A DNA stretch of 64,000 bases from PVC group bacterium (GTDB lineage: Bacteria; Omnitrophota; Gorgyraeia; B26-G9). The stretch's first letter is position 1. Each line of letters starts with the position of its first letter. A program made the translations under genes and the position numbers. Below the pieces are notes generated by a model. It saw only the letters and a list, made by a program, of their open reading frames with translations. It did not search any database and was not told the DNA's origin. The DNA lies in assembly GCA_024231215.1 (NCBI GenBank), contig JAAEQR010000195.1:14755-78754 (forward strand), read 5' to 3'. Shown here one piece after another: positions 9,996 through 19,441 of the stretch.

Positions 9996-10748
9996 ATGTC
10001 ACAGGAAAATAAATTAAAATTTAAATCTTTGTTTGGGATTGTCCCGGAAGAGTTTCCGGACACATTAATCATAAGTCCTTTTTTTAGTTTGAAATCATTT
10101 AAATCAGAGTTAGAAAATGCAGAGAATTTTAAGGGCATGGTATTTAAGGGGGTAGTAGGGGCATATAAAGATAAGAAAATTGCGTTTGTTAATACGGGGA
10201 TGGGCCATACATTAGTTGGCGATTGTGTGCTGGCACAGCAAATAACAAATGTATCAAAAATTATTTTTCTTGGCGCGGTTGGCGCGGTCAATGGATTAAA
10301 TGTAGGAGATTGTGTGCTTGTCCAAAAGGCATTTTTTGATACTGAATATTACGAGAAGCTCGGGGTGTTTGGGCAAAACAAAAATGAAATAAAATGTTTT
10401 ATTCCTGATCCTGAATTGGTTGATAAAATTGATGCCTTGGCGAAAGAGCAAAAAAAAGAAATTAAGAAAATAGATGTAATGAGTGTGCATTCTTTCTGGA
10501 ACGAGGATGAGGTGCTTGTTAATAAATTAAAAGATGCAAGTATCCATGCGGTGGAACTTGAATGCGCTATTTTTTATGCTTTATCATCTCTTAATCAAAT
10601 CAAAAGTCTGGCTTTGTGTTTTGTGAGCGATCATGTTGTGAGGAGGCCTTATTGGTCTGATTTTTCGCCGGCTGAACAGGCAGGGATGAGAGAATCCAGA
10701 GAATTTATGGTAAAAGCGTCTTTGGAAATGGCATACAATATCTTGTAG
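9996..10748 (+). CDS. nucleoside phosphorylase-like protein (PNP/UDP family)
   Basis: GMG, FLGAVGA, AVELECA, FVSD. Confidence 0.7.
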   Translation: MSQENKLKFKSLFGIVPEEFPDTLIISPFFSLKSFKSELENAENFKGMVFKGVVGAYKDKKIAFVNTGMGHTLVGDCVLAQQITNVSKIIFLGAVGAVNGLNVGDCVLVQKAFFDTEYYEKLGVFGQNKNEIKCFIPDPELVDKIDALAKEQKKEIKKIDVMSVHSFWNEDEVLVNKLKDASIHAVELECAIFYALSSLNQIKSLALCFVSDHVVRRPYWSDFSPAEQAGMRESREFMVKASLEMAYNIL

Positions 10749-10885
10749 CCTGCCCGTGTCTAAACTACCACGAAAAACCTTCGTTTTATCTCCCCGGGAA
10801 TTAGTGCTTTTTCAATATTTAGTGCTTCAAGGTTGCTCTAATAGCTAAATATTGTATAAAATACTATATAAAAACTAATTTCTTC

Positions 10886-10914
10886 TTGACATTTAAGGGC
10901 TTTATCTTCATAAT
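10886..10914 (+). promoter_or_regulatory. sigma70-like promoter of the coiled-coil/fliW/csrA unit
   Basis: TTGACA-N17-CATAAT. Confidence 0.65.
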
Positions 10915-11011
10915 AAATAATGAGTTCAATTTTATTAAGTTGAACCACTCAGGGACGAGCGAAAAAGAGTCATAAAATACGAAGAATGGGGGGGTGTAGG
11001 GGGAGAGCGAA

Positions 11012-12481
11012 ATGTTTAATCGAAAAAACAACCTTTTTCTAACGGCGGCTATTTTAATATTAGTATCCGCTGTTTATTCTTATGCCCAGCCAGCTGAATC
11101 CGGTAATTCGAACAGTAAGAAGGATTATTTCTATCGGAAAATTCTTAAAAATGAAGTTGAAGCGTTAAAAATAGAATTGACAGAAAAAGAAGCTGAATAT
11201 AAAGAAAAATTTGATGATGAATATATATCTCTTTCCGACCAAGAAAAAATCACAGAAAAAGAAACAGAAATTAAGCAGCTAAAACAATCTGCAGTAGAAG
11301 ATAAAGAACAAATAGATAAATTAAAAAGCAAGTGTGACTCATTGCTGGAAAAACTTAAAACGCAGGAAACTGAACACGCAGATAAGCTGAGTCAACTAAA
11401 AAAACAACATGCTGAAGAATTTAAAAAATCAGTTCAAGATCCCATGGAAATCATTGCTATTTACGATAAACGTATAGCTGAAAAAGATAAGCAGATAGAA
11501 AAAGTTTTTAAAAGAAAAATAACTAAAGAGCAGGAACTTGAAGTAGTTTTAAAAGAAAAAGAAAGTGTAGATCAAAAGAATAAAGAGCTTAAACAGCAAA
11601 TAGAGAAGCAGGACAAGTTATATAAAAAACAGATAGCAGGAAAAGAGAAGGAACGAAAAAGAAAAGAGAAGAAGGCCCAAGGTAAAATTAAAAAGCTGGA
11701 AAAAGAAACAACGCAATTGAAAACAGATATGCTTACCGGCAAAGAGAAGATAAAAGAGCAAAAGCTTGATCTTAAGCAAAAAGAAAAGCAGATAATTGAC
11801 CTGAAATCTAAGGTTGAATTTTTCTCAGAAAGAGCATTGACTGAAGAAAAGAAAGCAGAATTGAGGATATTAGAAGCAGAAAGTAATAAGTTGGAACAGG
11901 AATTACATAAAGTTAAATACGATATGACCTCAATGCAGAGCAAATATAAAGATAAACTTTTACAGCATAAGAGCACGGTCTTAGATGAGCAGGAGAAAAA
12001 GCAAACAGAGTTGGTTGAAAACAAGACCGTGTGGGAAAAGAAGATCGAAATTTTGGAATTAAAATATCTAAAACAGATCAGGGTGTTGGGGAAAGAGAGT
12101 GAAAAGAATAACGCACATTTTAATGATCAGTTAAGGAAGTTATCAAATAAATTGCGTGAGAAAGAAAAACGCAACGAGTTGTTGGAAAAGAAACTTAGTT
12201 CCTACCGGGATGATAAAAAGCATTTATTAACACAAGTATTAGCTAATAAGGCATCCCGGGCTAAAGGGGTTTTGCAGGTTTCCAGCATGAAGCCAAATTT
12301 TAAAGGCAAGAACAAGGAAAAAGCCAAAGTTCATTTTGATAAAGCAATGCACGCTATTAGTCAACAGGAATATCCTACGGCAAAATATGAGATGGAAAAA
12401 GCGCTTCGTTTACAGCCGAAAAATAAAATGGCTGCAGAGATATTAGCTAATATAAATTTTTTACTGGAAAGTAAACAGTAA
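11012..12481 (+). CDS. exported long coiled-coil protein with C-terminal TPR-like repeat
   Basis: Signal peptide ending SYA, K/E-rich heptads, C-terminal AKVHFDKAMHAISQQEYPTAKYEMEKALRLQP. Confidence 0.75.
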   Translation: MFNRKNNLFLTAAILILVSAVYSYAQPAESGNSNSKKDYFYRKILKNEVEALKIELTEKEAEYKEKFDDEYISLSDQEKITEKETEIKQLKQSAVEDKEQIDKLKSKCDSLLEKLKTQETEHADKLSQLKKQHAEEFKKSVQDPMEIIAIYDKRIAEKDKQIEKVFKRKITKEQELEVVLKEKESVDQKNKELKQQIEKQDKLYKKQIAGKEKERKRKEKKAQGKIKKLEKETTQLKTDMLTGKEKIKEQKLDLKQKEKQIIDLKSKVEFFSERALTEEKKAELRILEAESNKLEQELHKVKYDMTSMQSKYKDKLLQHKSTVLDEQEKKQTELVENKTVWEKKIEILELKYLKQIRVLGKESEKNNAHFNDQLRKLSNKLREKEKRNELLEKKLSSYRDDKKHLLTQVLANKASRAKGVLQVSSMKPNFKGKNKEKAKVHFDKAMHAISQQEYPTAKYEMEKALRLQPKNKMAAEILANINFLLESKQ

Positions 12482-12527
12482 ATATAATTAATAGCTGGTG
12501 TAAACCAGGGAGGAGGTAGGGTAGTAT

Positions 12528-12995
12528 ATGAAAACGTCGGTAGCCCAAGCAGAACAAAGTGCGACATGTGATGGTACAGGGGTGTTTTTCCCTGATGGGA
12601 TAATAGGATTTACTGATTGCAAACAATATAAATTGGTTAGCAAAAAGTCAAAAGAGCCGTTTTTTTGGTTTCAGGCGGTAGAAAGAGAAGATATATCGTT
12701 TATTATAATTGACCCTAAAGAATTTAAAGAAGACTATACTGCGGCATTGACGGAATCAGACAAGGTGGCATTGGGAGTAGATAGCATTGATGAGTGCAAT
12801 ATTTTTACTATTGTGCTTGTGCCTGAGGATTCAGATGGAATAAGTGCAAATTTATTAGCGCCACTGGTGATCAATAAAAAAGATTCTATTGGTCGGCAGA
12901 TCGTCTTGCAGGATGCAGGATACTCTGTGCGGCATTTAATTTTCGAAGATACCTTTAAAGGAGTAAAGGAAAAGGATGTTAGTTCTTTCGCGTAA
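12528..12995 (+). CDS. fliW: FliW (CsrA antagonist)
   Basis: [36 protein letters not shown]; overlaps csrA. Confidence 0.92.
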   Translation: MKTSVAQAEQSATCDGTGVFFPDGIIGFTDCKQYKLVSKKSKEPFFWFQAVEREDISFIIIDPKEFKEDYTAALTESDKVALGVDSIDECNIFTIVLVPEDSDGISANLLAPLVINKKDSIGRQIVLQDAGYSVRHLIFEDTFKGVKEKDVSSFA

Positions 12996-13218
12996 ACCGG
13001 ATGAAAGTATTGTCATCGGGGATTATATAGAGATTAAGGTTGTTGAAGTTCGCGGTGAGCAGGTAAAGTTAGGAATAACTGCGCCGCGGGATATCCCCGT
13101 GCATAGAAAAGAAATATACGAAGCTATCCAAAAACAAAATAAAGACGCTTCCCACACAAAACATGCGAATCTGGATAAACTCTCTCAGTTGTTTAAGAAG
13201 AAGAAAGATAAGTCTTAA
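12976..13218 (+). CDS. csrA: carbon storage regulator CsrA
   Basis: [22 protein letters not shown]; C-terminal extension as in FliW-regulated CsrA. Confidence 0.97.
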   Translation: MLVLSRKPDESIVIGDYIEIKVVEVRGEQVKLGITAPRDIPVHRKEIYEAIQKQNKDASHTKHANLDKLSQLFKKKKDKS

Positions 13219-13281
13219 CCTTCAACTTCGAATTAAGCAGAGGGATTATTTAGGGAGCTTGTTAGGCGTTCTGCCTTGTCG

Positions 13282-13497
13282 TTAATTTAAAAAATCAGGA
13301 GTTATATCAGGCAGCTTTTTATCGCGAAGACGGCTATAAATGGTATGAGCTTTTTTGACGTCTTTAATATTGACTTGCGCAGCAATGGAATTCTCAAAGG
13401 CAATTAATGCCATAATTTCTTCGGAAAGATTATTTTTATTGAGAATTGGTTTTTGTGCGCGCTTTTTGTTTGTTTTTTTAGGTTTATTATAACGCAC
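13282..13497 (-). CDS. small basic hypothetical protein
   Basis: AAGGAGGT RBS and a consensus promoter upstream; no recognisable family. Confidence 0.65.
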   Translation of the reverse strand: MRYNKPKKTNKKRAQKPILNKNNLSEEIMALIAFENSIAAQVNIKDVKKAHTIYSRLRDKKLPDITPDFLN

Positions 13498-13547
13498 CAG
13501 CTTATTTACCTCCTTGTAAATGTGGGCTGAATCCTTTCAATTATCGC

Positions 13548-13576
13548 ATCATACCACAGCTTGCTTTTTTTGTCAA
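13548..13576 (-). promoter_or_regulatory. sigma70-like promoter
   Basis: TTGACA-N17-TATGAT with extended -10 TG on the minus strand. Confidence 0.7.
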
Positions 13577-13702
13577 GCGATTCAGCGCTGTTGTAGAGCT
13601 TGAGACTGAGTGTGTCGAATGTGTCAAGTCTTTTAGTTGTAGTGAGTAAGGTATGTTTATGGTTGATTTTATGCGGCAAGCAGGAGTATAATACCTTATA
13701 TC

Positions 13703-15199
13703 ATGATAAGAAAAAATGATAAAACTACATTCTCTGATTATTTAGAAGATAGTTCCGGGCTTTCCGGAGGATGTGCTCAAGAAATTATTTTTCCGGAAAG
13801 TGTTTTAGAATTGACAGAGTTTATTCGAGAAGCTGCTGATAAAGAGTTGAAACTTACTGTTTCCGGGGGTGGAACAGGTGTGGTTGGCGGGAGAGTGCCT
13901 TATGGCGGTGCGATTTTAGCTACAGATCGCTTGGATAAGATTTATAATATCGAAAAATCTAAAACTTCTTCGGGTGGATTGGCAATTGTAGAAGCCGGGG
14001 TACGTCTTGAGGATCTAAACAATGAGGCAGCAAAGCAGGGGCTAGTATATCGGCCTGATCCCACAGAGAAAAATGCTTTTCTTGGCGGTACAATCGCTAC
14101 CAATGCTTCAGGCGCTCAAGGGTTTAAGTATGGAGCTACCCGTAATTATATTCAACGCTTATGGGTAGTTTTAGCTAGTGGAGATTTATTGGAGATCAGA
14201 CGTGGAGATACTGTGCTTGGAGATAGTCTGTGTATTACACTGCCGGAAAATAAAGTTATTCAATGTTCGATTACTAATTGTAAATTATTTGATTTAAAAA
14301 GTACCGCTGGATATTTTGTTGCTCCCGGAACAGATCTAATTGATTTATTTATCGGTCAGGAAGGTACTTTGGGAATCATTACACAGGCAGAGGTAAGGCT
14401 GGAGGCATTGCCAAAGTCTAGTATTGCGGGTATGGTGTTTTTCCAGGATGAGATACTTGCTATGTCTTTTGTTGATACCATCAAAAAATATTCGTATAGA
14501 AGCAGAAAAGATAATAAACAAAATGAAATTGATGCGGGTTGTATAGAATTTTTTGATGAAGGTTCTTTGAATATATTAAGCGAAGTTTATTCCCAGCTTC
14601 CTTTCGGTAAGAAATCAGCTGTTTATTTTGAACAGGATATTATTGATGTAGATGAAATGGTAATAATGGAAAAATATGCAGAGGTCATTGAATCTTTAAA
14701 TGTATCGGCTGCGGATGTGTGGTTTGCGGATACGGATAAAAACAGGAAATTGCTGACTAATATGCGGCATGAATTGCCGGTGCGGATTAATGAAAGGGTT
14801 AAGTCAAACGGATTTTCTAAAATTAGTACAGATTGTGCGGTGGCAGATGATCAGTTTTCGGCATTGTTTGATTTTTATAAACGCAAGCTTAATGATGGTG
14901 AAATACCATATTGTATGTTTGGGCATATCGGGGAAAATCATCTACATGTAAATATGATGCCGGAAAATAAAACTGATTTTGACCGGGCAAAGCAGATGTA
15001 TTTTGAGTTTCTAACCGAAGCGGTACGTTTAGGCGGAACGATCGCGGCAGAACACGGTATTGGTAAGTTAAAGCGTGAATACTTGAAGATTATGCTGGGG
15101 CAAGCCCAGATGCGTCAGATGGCCCAGATCAAGCGTGCTTTGGATCCGGGTTTGATTTTGGGTTCAGGGAATATATTAGATGAAGAATATTTGAAATAG
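13703..15199 (+). CDS. FAD-binding oxidoreductase (GlcD/D-lactate dehydrogenase-like)
   Basis: GGGTGVVGG, GGTIATNASG, GQEGTLGIIT, FGHIGENHLH, AEHGIGKLK. Confidence 0.9.
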   Translation: MIRKNDKTTFSDYLEDSSGLSGGCAQEIIFPESVLELTEFIREAADKELKLTVSGGGTGVVGGRVPYGGAILATDRLDKIYNIEKSKTSSGGLAIVEAGVRLEDLNNEAAKQGLVYRPDPTEKNAFLGGTIATNASGAQGFKYGATRNYIQRLWVVLASGDLLEIRRGDTVLGDSLCITLPENKVIQCSITNCKLFDLKSTAGYFVAPGTDLIDLFIGQEGTLGIITQAEVRLEALPKSSIAGMVFFQDEILAMSFVDTIKKYSYRSRKDNKQNEIDAGCIEFFDEGSLNILSEVYSQLPFGKKSAVYFEQDIIDVDEMVIMEKYAEVIESLNVSAADVWFADTDKNRKLLTNMRHELPVRINERVKSNGFSKISTDCAVADDQFSALFDFYKRKLNDGEIPYCMFGHIGENHLHVNMMPENKTDFDRAKQMYFEFLTEAVRLGGTIAAEHGIGKLKREYLKIMLGQAQMRQMAQIKRALDPGLILGSGNILDEEYLK

Positions 15200-15343
15200 A
15201 TGTATAATTAAAAATAAACGTACATAAATGATGGTGTGTATAGCGCGCAAAATCACGTGTTTTTGCGATAGATGTTTTGATTGAATTGATTAAGCAATAT
15301 TTATTTGATATTTATAATTTTTCAATTAGGGGGTTATATAGGT

Positions 15344-16789
15344 ATGAATTTGTTATTATTTATGTTTCGGGATAAAGAGGTATTAAAAAGAATATTCATT
15401 ACAATCGGAGTAGTCTTATTTGCCAGATTGATTTATTTTTTACCTGTGCCGGGAATACAAATAAAAGCTATAGCGCAATTGTATCAACAGCATATTATTG
15501 CCCAGGGAGGGACTTTTTGGGATTTAATTACTTTAATGCACGCGGGGAAATTGCGCAGTATATCGTTATTTGCTTTAGGGATTATGCCGTATATTAATGC
15601 GTGTATTGTGGTTCAAATAATTGGATTTTTAGTGCCCGGAGTAAATAGGAAGTTTTTTTATAAGCCGGATGGCCGTCGTGAAATGATGCTGGCAACATTA
15701 GCTGTAGCGGTTGTTCTAAGTATGGTGCATGCTTATTTTCTCAGCTTTGAACTTGAACTGTTGGATAAGTTTCCAGACTTCCAGCTTTTAACTGTTAAGG
15801 GCATATTATTTAGGGCTGGAGTTATGGCCTCTATGAGCGCGGCATGCCTTTTATTTATTATGCTTAGCGAAGTGATTAATCGTTTTGGTCTGGGTAACGG
15901 AGTTGGAATAATTTTTGCTTCAGAAGTAATTGTTCGGATCGGAATATCAGTATCTCAGGCGACCGTTTTCTTCATTCGGGGACTGATTATGTTAAGACAA
16001 TTCTTACTATTTATTGGTTTAGTAGTATTATTTGTTTATATTGCTAAGCGGGTTACCGGATTTTTAAAGAAGCTTACGCTTCAAACGCACAAAAACGAAA
16101 CATTTTCCATTCCGATCAGGCCGATTTGGGTAGGTGTCTGGCCGTTGATTCTGGCTGAAGCAGTGCTTTCTTTCTTTGAACTGCCGGTGGGGTGGACGTC
16201 ATTTTTTGTGATCGGCATTACAATTGCTTTTAGCACTTTATTATATCTAAAGGTGGTGTATCAACCGCGGCGGTTTTATGAACTTATCCTTCCGTATAAA
16301 TGTCTTAGCTGTTCTGACCAAAGTAAAAGGGTTGTTGATGTTCTTAACAATGCGATTATTCCTTGTATTGCAGTAAGTCTATTACTATTCTTTGCAATGT
16401 ATTCTTTGCCATTGATTCTACCGTTTACTTTAAGGCTATCTTTTATGAGTGCTGGTATTTTTGGGGCATTTGGCTTGATTATTTTAGTCGGTGTTTGTCA
16501 TGATATAAGCAGGCAGTTGCAGTTTTTTCAGGCTGCTAAGCAAAACACTTCGGTCAAACAGTGGTGTTTATTGGGAACGGCTTTTGATGAAGCCGAAGCA
16601 GAAATAAAAAAGGCATGCTTACAAAGCCATGATATTTATGCAGAAGTAAAACCATCTCATTTTTATTGGGGGTTACCAATTAGAACCGCTGCTTCCGGAT
16701 ATTACATGTATGTTTCCGCAGATCAGTATGAACAGGCAAAGCAGACACTTAAAGAATTACGTAGTGCCTGGAGGGAGAAGGCTATTTAA
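15344..16789 (+). CDS. divergent SecY paralog with C-terminal DUF2007-like domain
   Basis: SecY motifs LPVPGI, SLFALGIMPYI, GRR, GLGNGVGII, LIILVGV..D..RQ; soluble tail EAEIKKACLQSHDI...MYVSADQYEQAKQTL. Confidence 0.8.
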   Translation: MNLLLFMFRDKEVLKRIFITIGVVLFARLIYFLPVPGIQIKAIAQLYQQHIIAQGGTFWDLITLMHAGKLRSISLFALGIMPYINACIVVQIIGFLVPGVNRKFFYKPDGRREMMLATLAVAVVLSMVHAYFLSFELELLDKFPDFQLLTVKGILFRAGVMASMSAACLLFIMLSEVINRFGLGNGVGIIFASEVIVRIGISVSQATVFFIRGLIMLRQFLLFIGLVVLFVYIAKRVTGFLKKLTLQTHKNETFSIPIRPIWVGVWPLILAEAVLSFFELPVGWTSFFVIGITIAFSTLLYLKVVYQPRRFYELILPYKCLSCSDQSKRVVDVLNNAIIPCIAVSLLLFFAMYSLPLILPFTLRLSFMSAGIFGAFGLIILVGVCHDISRQLQFFQAAKQNTSVKQWCLLGTAFDEAEAEIKKACLQSHDIYAEVKPSHFYWGLPIRTAASGYYMYVSADQYEQAKQTLKELRSAWREKAI

Positions 16790-17523
16790 CTAGAGCTTTT
16801 TATAACCTCAATGACTTTTTGCAGGTCGACTTCGGTATCTACGCTGATCGTTTCGTGCTTTGTTTCAATGACTTTGATTCTGTATCCATGTTCTAAAGCG
16901 CGTAACTGCTCTAATGATTCGGCTTTTTCCAATTTGGAAGTTTTTAATCCTTTGAAAGTAAGTAGAAAATCTTTGGTGTATGCATAAAGGCCGATATGTT
17001 TATAAAGCGTCATCGAGTCTGATTCGTTCATGCGGCTGATATTCGGCAGGCAGGAGCGTGAAAAATATAATGCAAATCCGTTCTTGTCTGTTACTACTTT
17101 TACTACATTTGGATTATTAAAATCGCTTTCTTTGGTCAGTTTTTGTTTTAACGTGGACATTACAAGCTCCGGATTATCCAAAAGCGCATAAGCTACGTCA
17201 TTGATCATAGAAGGATGGATTAAAGGCTCATCTCCCTGAATATTGACAACTACCTTTACGTCCATGTCAAAAACCACTTCAGTCAGGCGTTCTGTGCCGG
17301 ATATGTGTTCTTTTGAGGTTAATACGGCTTTTCCTCCAAAATTTTCAACCACGCTTTTGATCCGATCGTCATCGGTAGCGACAATTAACTCATCTAAGAT
17401 CGGAGTTTCTTTGGCTCGTTCGTAGATATGCTGGATCATGGGTTTTCCGGCAATATCGGCAAGCGCTTTTGCGTGCAGACGGGTTGAACCGTAGCGAGCA
17501 GGAATTATTCCGACAACATCCAT
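16786..17523 (-). CDS. kdsB: 3-deoxy-manno-octulosonate cytidylyltransferase
   Basis: IPARYGSTRL, NIQGDEP, ALYFSRS, HIGLYAY, LEQLRAL. Confidence 0.96.
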   Translation of the reverse strand: MDVVGIIPARYGSTRLHAKALADIAGKPMIQHIYERAKETPILDELIVATDDDRIKSVVENFGGKAVLTSKEHISGTERLTEVVFDMDVKVVVNIQGDEPLIHPSMINDVAYALLDNPELVMSTLKQKLTKESDFNNPNVVKVVTDKNGFALYFSRSCLPNISRMNESDSMTLYKHIGLYAYTKDFLLTFKGLKTSKLEKAESLEQLRALEHGYRIKVIETKHETISVDTEVDLQKVIEVIKSSS

Positions 17524-17533
17524 TATAATCACC

Positions 17534-18094
17534 TCATATTTTAAAGTTTTTGATCGTAAATATAGACTCTAATTCAAGTCCGCATTTAGCTATGTTTTCT
17601 TTTGCGCCTTCAAGCCGGTCGACTACTGCGATTACACGTACTATTTTACAGCCGAGTTTTTGTACAGCCTCGATTGCTTTTATAGTAGAAGAACCGGTAG
17701 TGACTACGTCATCAACAATAACTACACGACTTGATTTTTTTAAAGGAGTACCTTCGATTAGGTTTTGCATGCCGTATTTCTTTGTTTCTTTTCTAACGAT
17801 AAAGCCGTTTATCGGGTTTTTAGTTTTAAAACTTAAAGTACTAACCGCCCCGATGATTGGGTCTGCGCCAAGCGTTAGTCCGCCGATTGCATCTATCTTG
17901 TTTTTTTTCAGCATATCTAAAATGATTTTACCGATACAGTAGGCACCTTCACTTGAAAGACTGGTAATTCGGCCGTCAAAGTAGTAATTACTGACCTTGC
18001 CGCTGGCTAAAACTACGCGTTTTTTCTTGAAAGATTTGCGTTTTAAGACGGTTAAAAGGCGTTTCCGGGTGTCCTGAATGCTTTTTGAAGCCAT
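17534..18094 (-). CDS. pyrE: orotate phosphoribosyltransferase
   Basis: LASGKVSNYYFD, GGLTLGADP, VDDVVTTGSS. Confidence 0.95.
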   Translation of the reverse strand: MASKSIQDTRKRLLTVLKRKSFKKKRVVLASGKVSNYYFDGRITSLSSEGAYCIGKIILDMLKKNKIDAIGGLTLGADPIIGAVSTLSFKTKNPINGFIVRKETKKYGMQNLIEGTPLKKSSRVVIVDDVVTTGSSTIKAIEAVQKLGCKIVRVIAVVDRLEGAKENIAKCGLELESIFTIKNFKI

Positions 18095-18211
18095 TATTTT
18101 CTCCTATTGTTTGCAGGTTTAAGATAAGAGAATTATATATTGATAATGAGTTTTCGTCAATGAAAAAGGGAGTTTTTGTCTTTTCCTACTAAAAATGTTA
18201 TTATAACAAAT

Positions 18212-18631
18212 ATGAAAGTAATTACTAAACGCTTAAGACATAATACCACGGGCGCCGGAGACCTTTTAAATATTACAGAAGAAATCCGGGAAATGCTTGA
18301 TGATTGCGGATTAGAAGAGGGCACGGTTAATGTCTTTGTGGTGGGCTCTACAGCGGCAATAACGTCTTTTGAGTATGAAAGCGGTATGGTTGCTGATATG
18401 CGTGATCTATATGAACGCATTGCCTCGAGAGATAAACATTATTCACATGATGATACCTGGAACGATGCCAACGGATTCAGCCATGTGCGTGCGGCATTGC
18501 AGGGCCCATCCCTATTAATTCCGTTTCAGGACGCAAAGCTGCTCTTAGGTACATGGCAGCAGGTGGTATTGGCGGAGTTTGATAATCAGCCTCGGAAAAG
18601 AGAAGTGGTATTGACGTTTACGGGTGTTTGA
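18212..18631 (+). CDS. YjbQ/UPF0047 family protein
   Basis: GSTAAIT, NGFSHVRA, LGTWQQ, EFD. Confidence 0.9.
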   Translation: MKVITKRLRHNTTGAGDLLNITEEIREMLDDCGLEEGTVNVFVVGSTAAITSFEYESGMVADMRDLYERIASRDKHYSHDDTWNDANGFSHVRAALQGPSLLIPFQDAKLLLGTWQQVVLAEFDNQPRKREVVLTFTGV

Positions 18632-18715
18632 ATATACTATCTAGCGGGCTGGTTGGCGGATTATAAATATCACGGATTACATGCGTATAGATCATTTATC
18701 CATAAACCCCGACAT
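18618..18715 (-). pseudogene. integron integrase remnant (C-terminal peptide only)
   Basis: 18695-18618 reads MIYTHVIRDIYNPPTSPLDSIFKHP*, matching the IntI-type MIYTHV...SPLD ending; oriented away from the attI/attC array. Confidence 0.75.
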
Positions 18716-18814
18716 TTGCTATTGAAATCTCCCAAAACAGGACTATCTAATTTAATGCTATTATATAGTCAACAAGACATTTTTCAAAACAATTTTATGC
18801 TTTGTTATATTTTT

Positions 18815-18844
18815 TTGACAGGATAATATATTTAGAGTTATAAT
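18815..18844 (+). promoter_or_regulatory. cassette-array promoter (Pc-like)
   Basis: TTGACA-N18-TATAAT upstream of the attI-like core. Confidence 0.7.
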
Positions 18845-18875
18845 AAATAGTAGTTTCAATAACAGAAAACAGGAG

Positions 18876-18897
18876 GGTCGTATATTAATTGTTAGAT
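18876..18897 (+). mobile_element. putative attI site (core GTTAGAT at 18891-18897)
   Basis: GTTRRRY core exactly complementary to ATCTAAC of the first attC; lies between the intI remnant and the first cassette; left boundary approximate. Confidence 0.6.
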
Positions 18898-18928
18898 TAA
18901 AATTAAAATAAAGAAAGGAAATTGAAAA

Positions 18929-19324
18929 ATGAATAAAAAATTAATATTATTGATTGTTTGTTTTATTGTTACTTTTAGCTTTAATGCCCTCGCTCAAAAT
19001 ACTTCTTCACCTAGAGTTGTGAAGACATCCCCGGACACTGGTGATATGGCTGTTGATCCTTCAATCAAAGAAATTACAGTAACTTTTAGTGAAGATATGA
19101 TAACTGATAATATGTGGTCTTGGGTTATGGCCTCAAAAGAAACATTTCCTCAAATAAATGGACAAGTACATTATTTAGATGACAAAAGGACTTGCGTTGC
19201 TCCAGTGAAATTGGAATCTGGTAAAACTTATGTTATCTGGTTTAATTCTCAACAATATAATGCTTTTAGAGATGTGGATAATAATCCAGCAATCCCATAC
19301 TTGTTGGAATTTAAAACAAAATAA
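18929..19324 (+). CDS. exported Ig-like (Big_5-type) protein, cassette 1
   Basis: Signal peptide; PRVVKTSP, ITVTFSEDM, LESGKTY, LEFKT; stop immediately before attC. Confidence 0.8.
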   Translation: MNKKLILLIVCFIVTFSFNALAQNTSSPRVVKTSPDTGDMAVDPSIKEITVTFSEDMITDNMWSWVMASKETFPQINGQVHYLDDKRTCVAPVKLESGKTYVIWFNSQQYNAFRDVDNNPAIPYLLEFKTK

Positions 19325-19326
19325 AC

Positions 19327-19429
19327 ATCTAACAAATCGCTGCAAGCAATCGCAACCCGCCGCCAACCCCGCCCAAGAACAGCGGGACAAGATGGCGTTG
19401 GTTGCTCTGCCTGAGCTCAAGCGTTAGAC
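19327..19429 (+). mobile_element. integron attC site 1
   Basis: R'' ATCTAAC, 5-nt spacer, L'' GCTGCA (extra base), inner palindrome, L' TGAGC, 6-nt spacer, R' GTTAGAC. Confidence 0.88.
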
Positions 19430-19441
19430 ACGCGGAAGGAG

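Noticed and set aside
5118-10748. Integrative element or prophage at the tRNA cluster
   Set aside because: No integrase, phage genes or direct repeat of a tRNA 3' end seen
10797-10882. Imperfect palindrome CAATATTTAG/CTAAATATTG upstream of a promoter
   Set aside because: Short and AT-rich; cannot be distinguished from chance by eye
11131-12024. Antisense hydrophobic ORFs and apparent repeats in the coiled-coil gene
   Set aside because: Shadow of K/E-rich codons; no true tandem repeat unit
19175-19427. ORFs 19230-19427 (+) and 19175-19420 (-)
   Set aside because: They overlap the Ig-like gene and run through the attC palindrome; spurious
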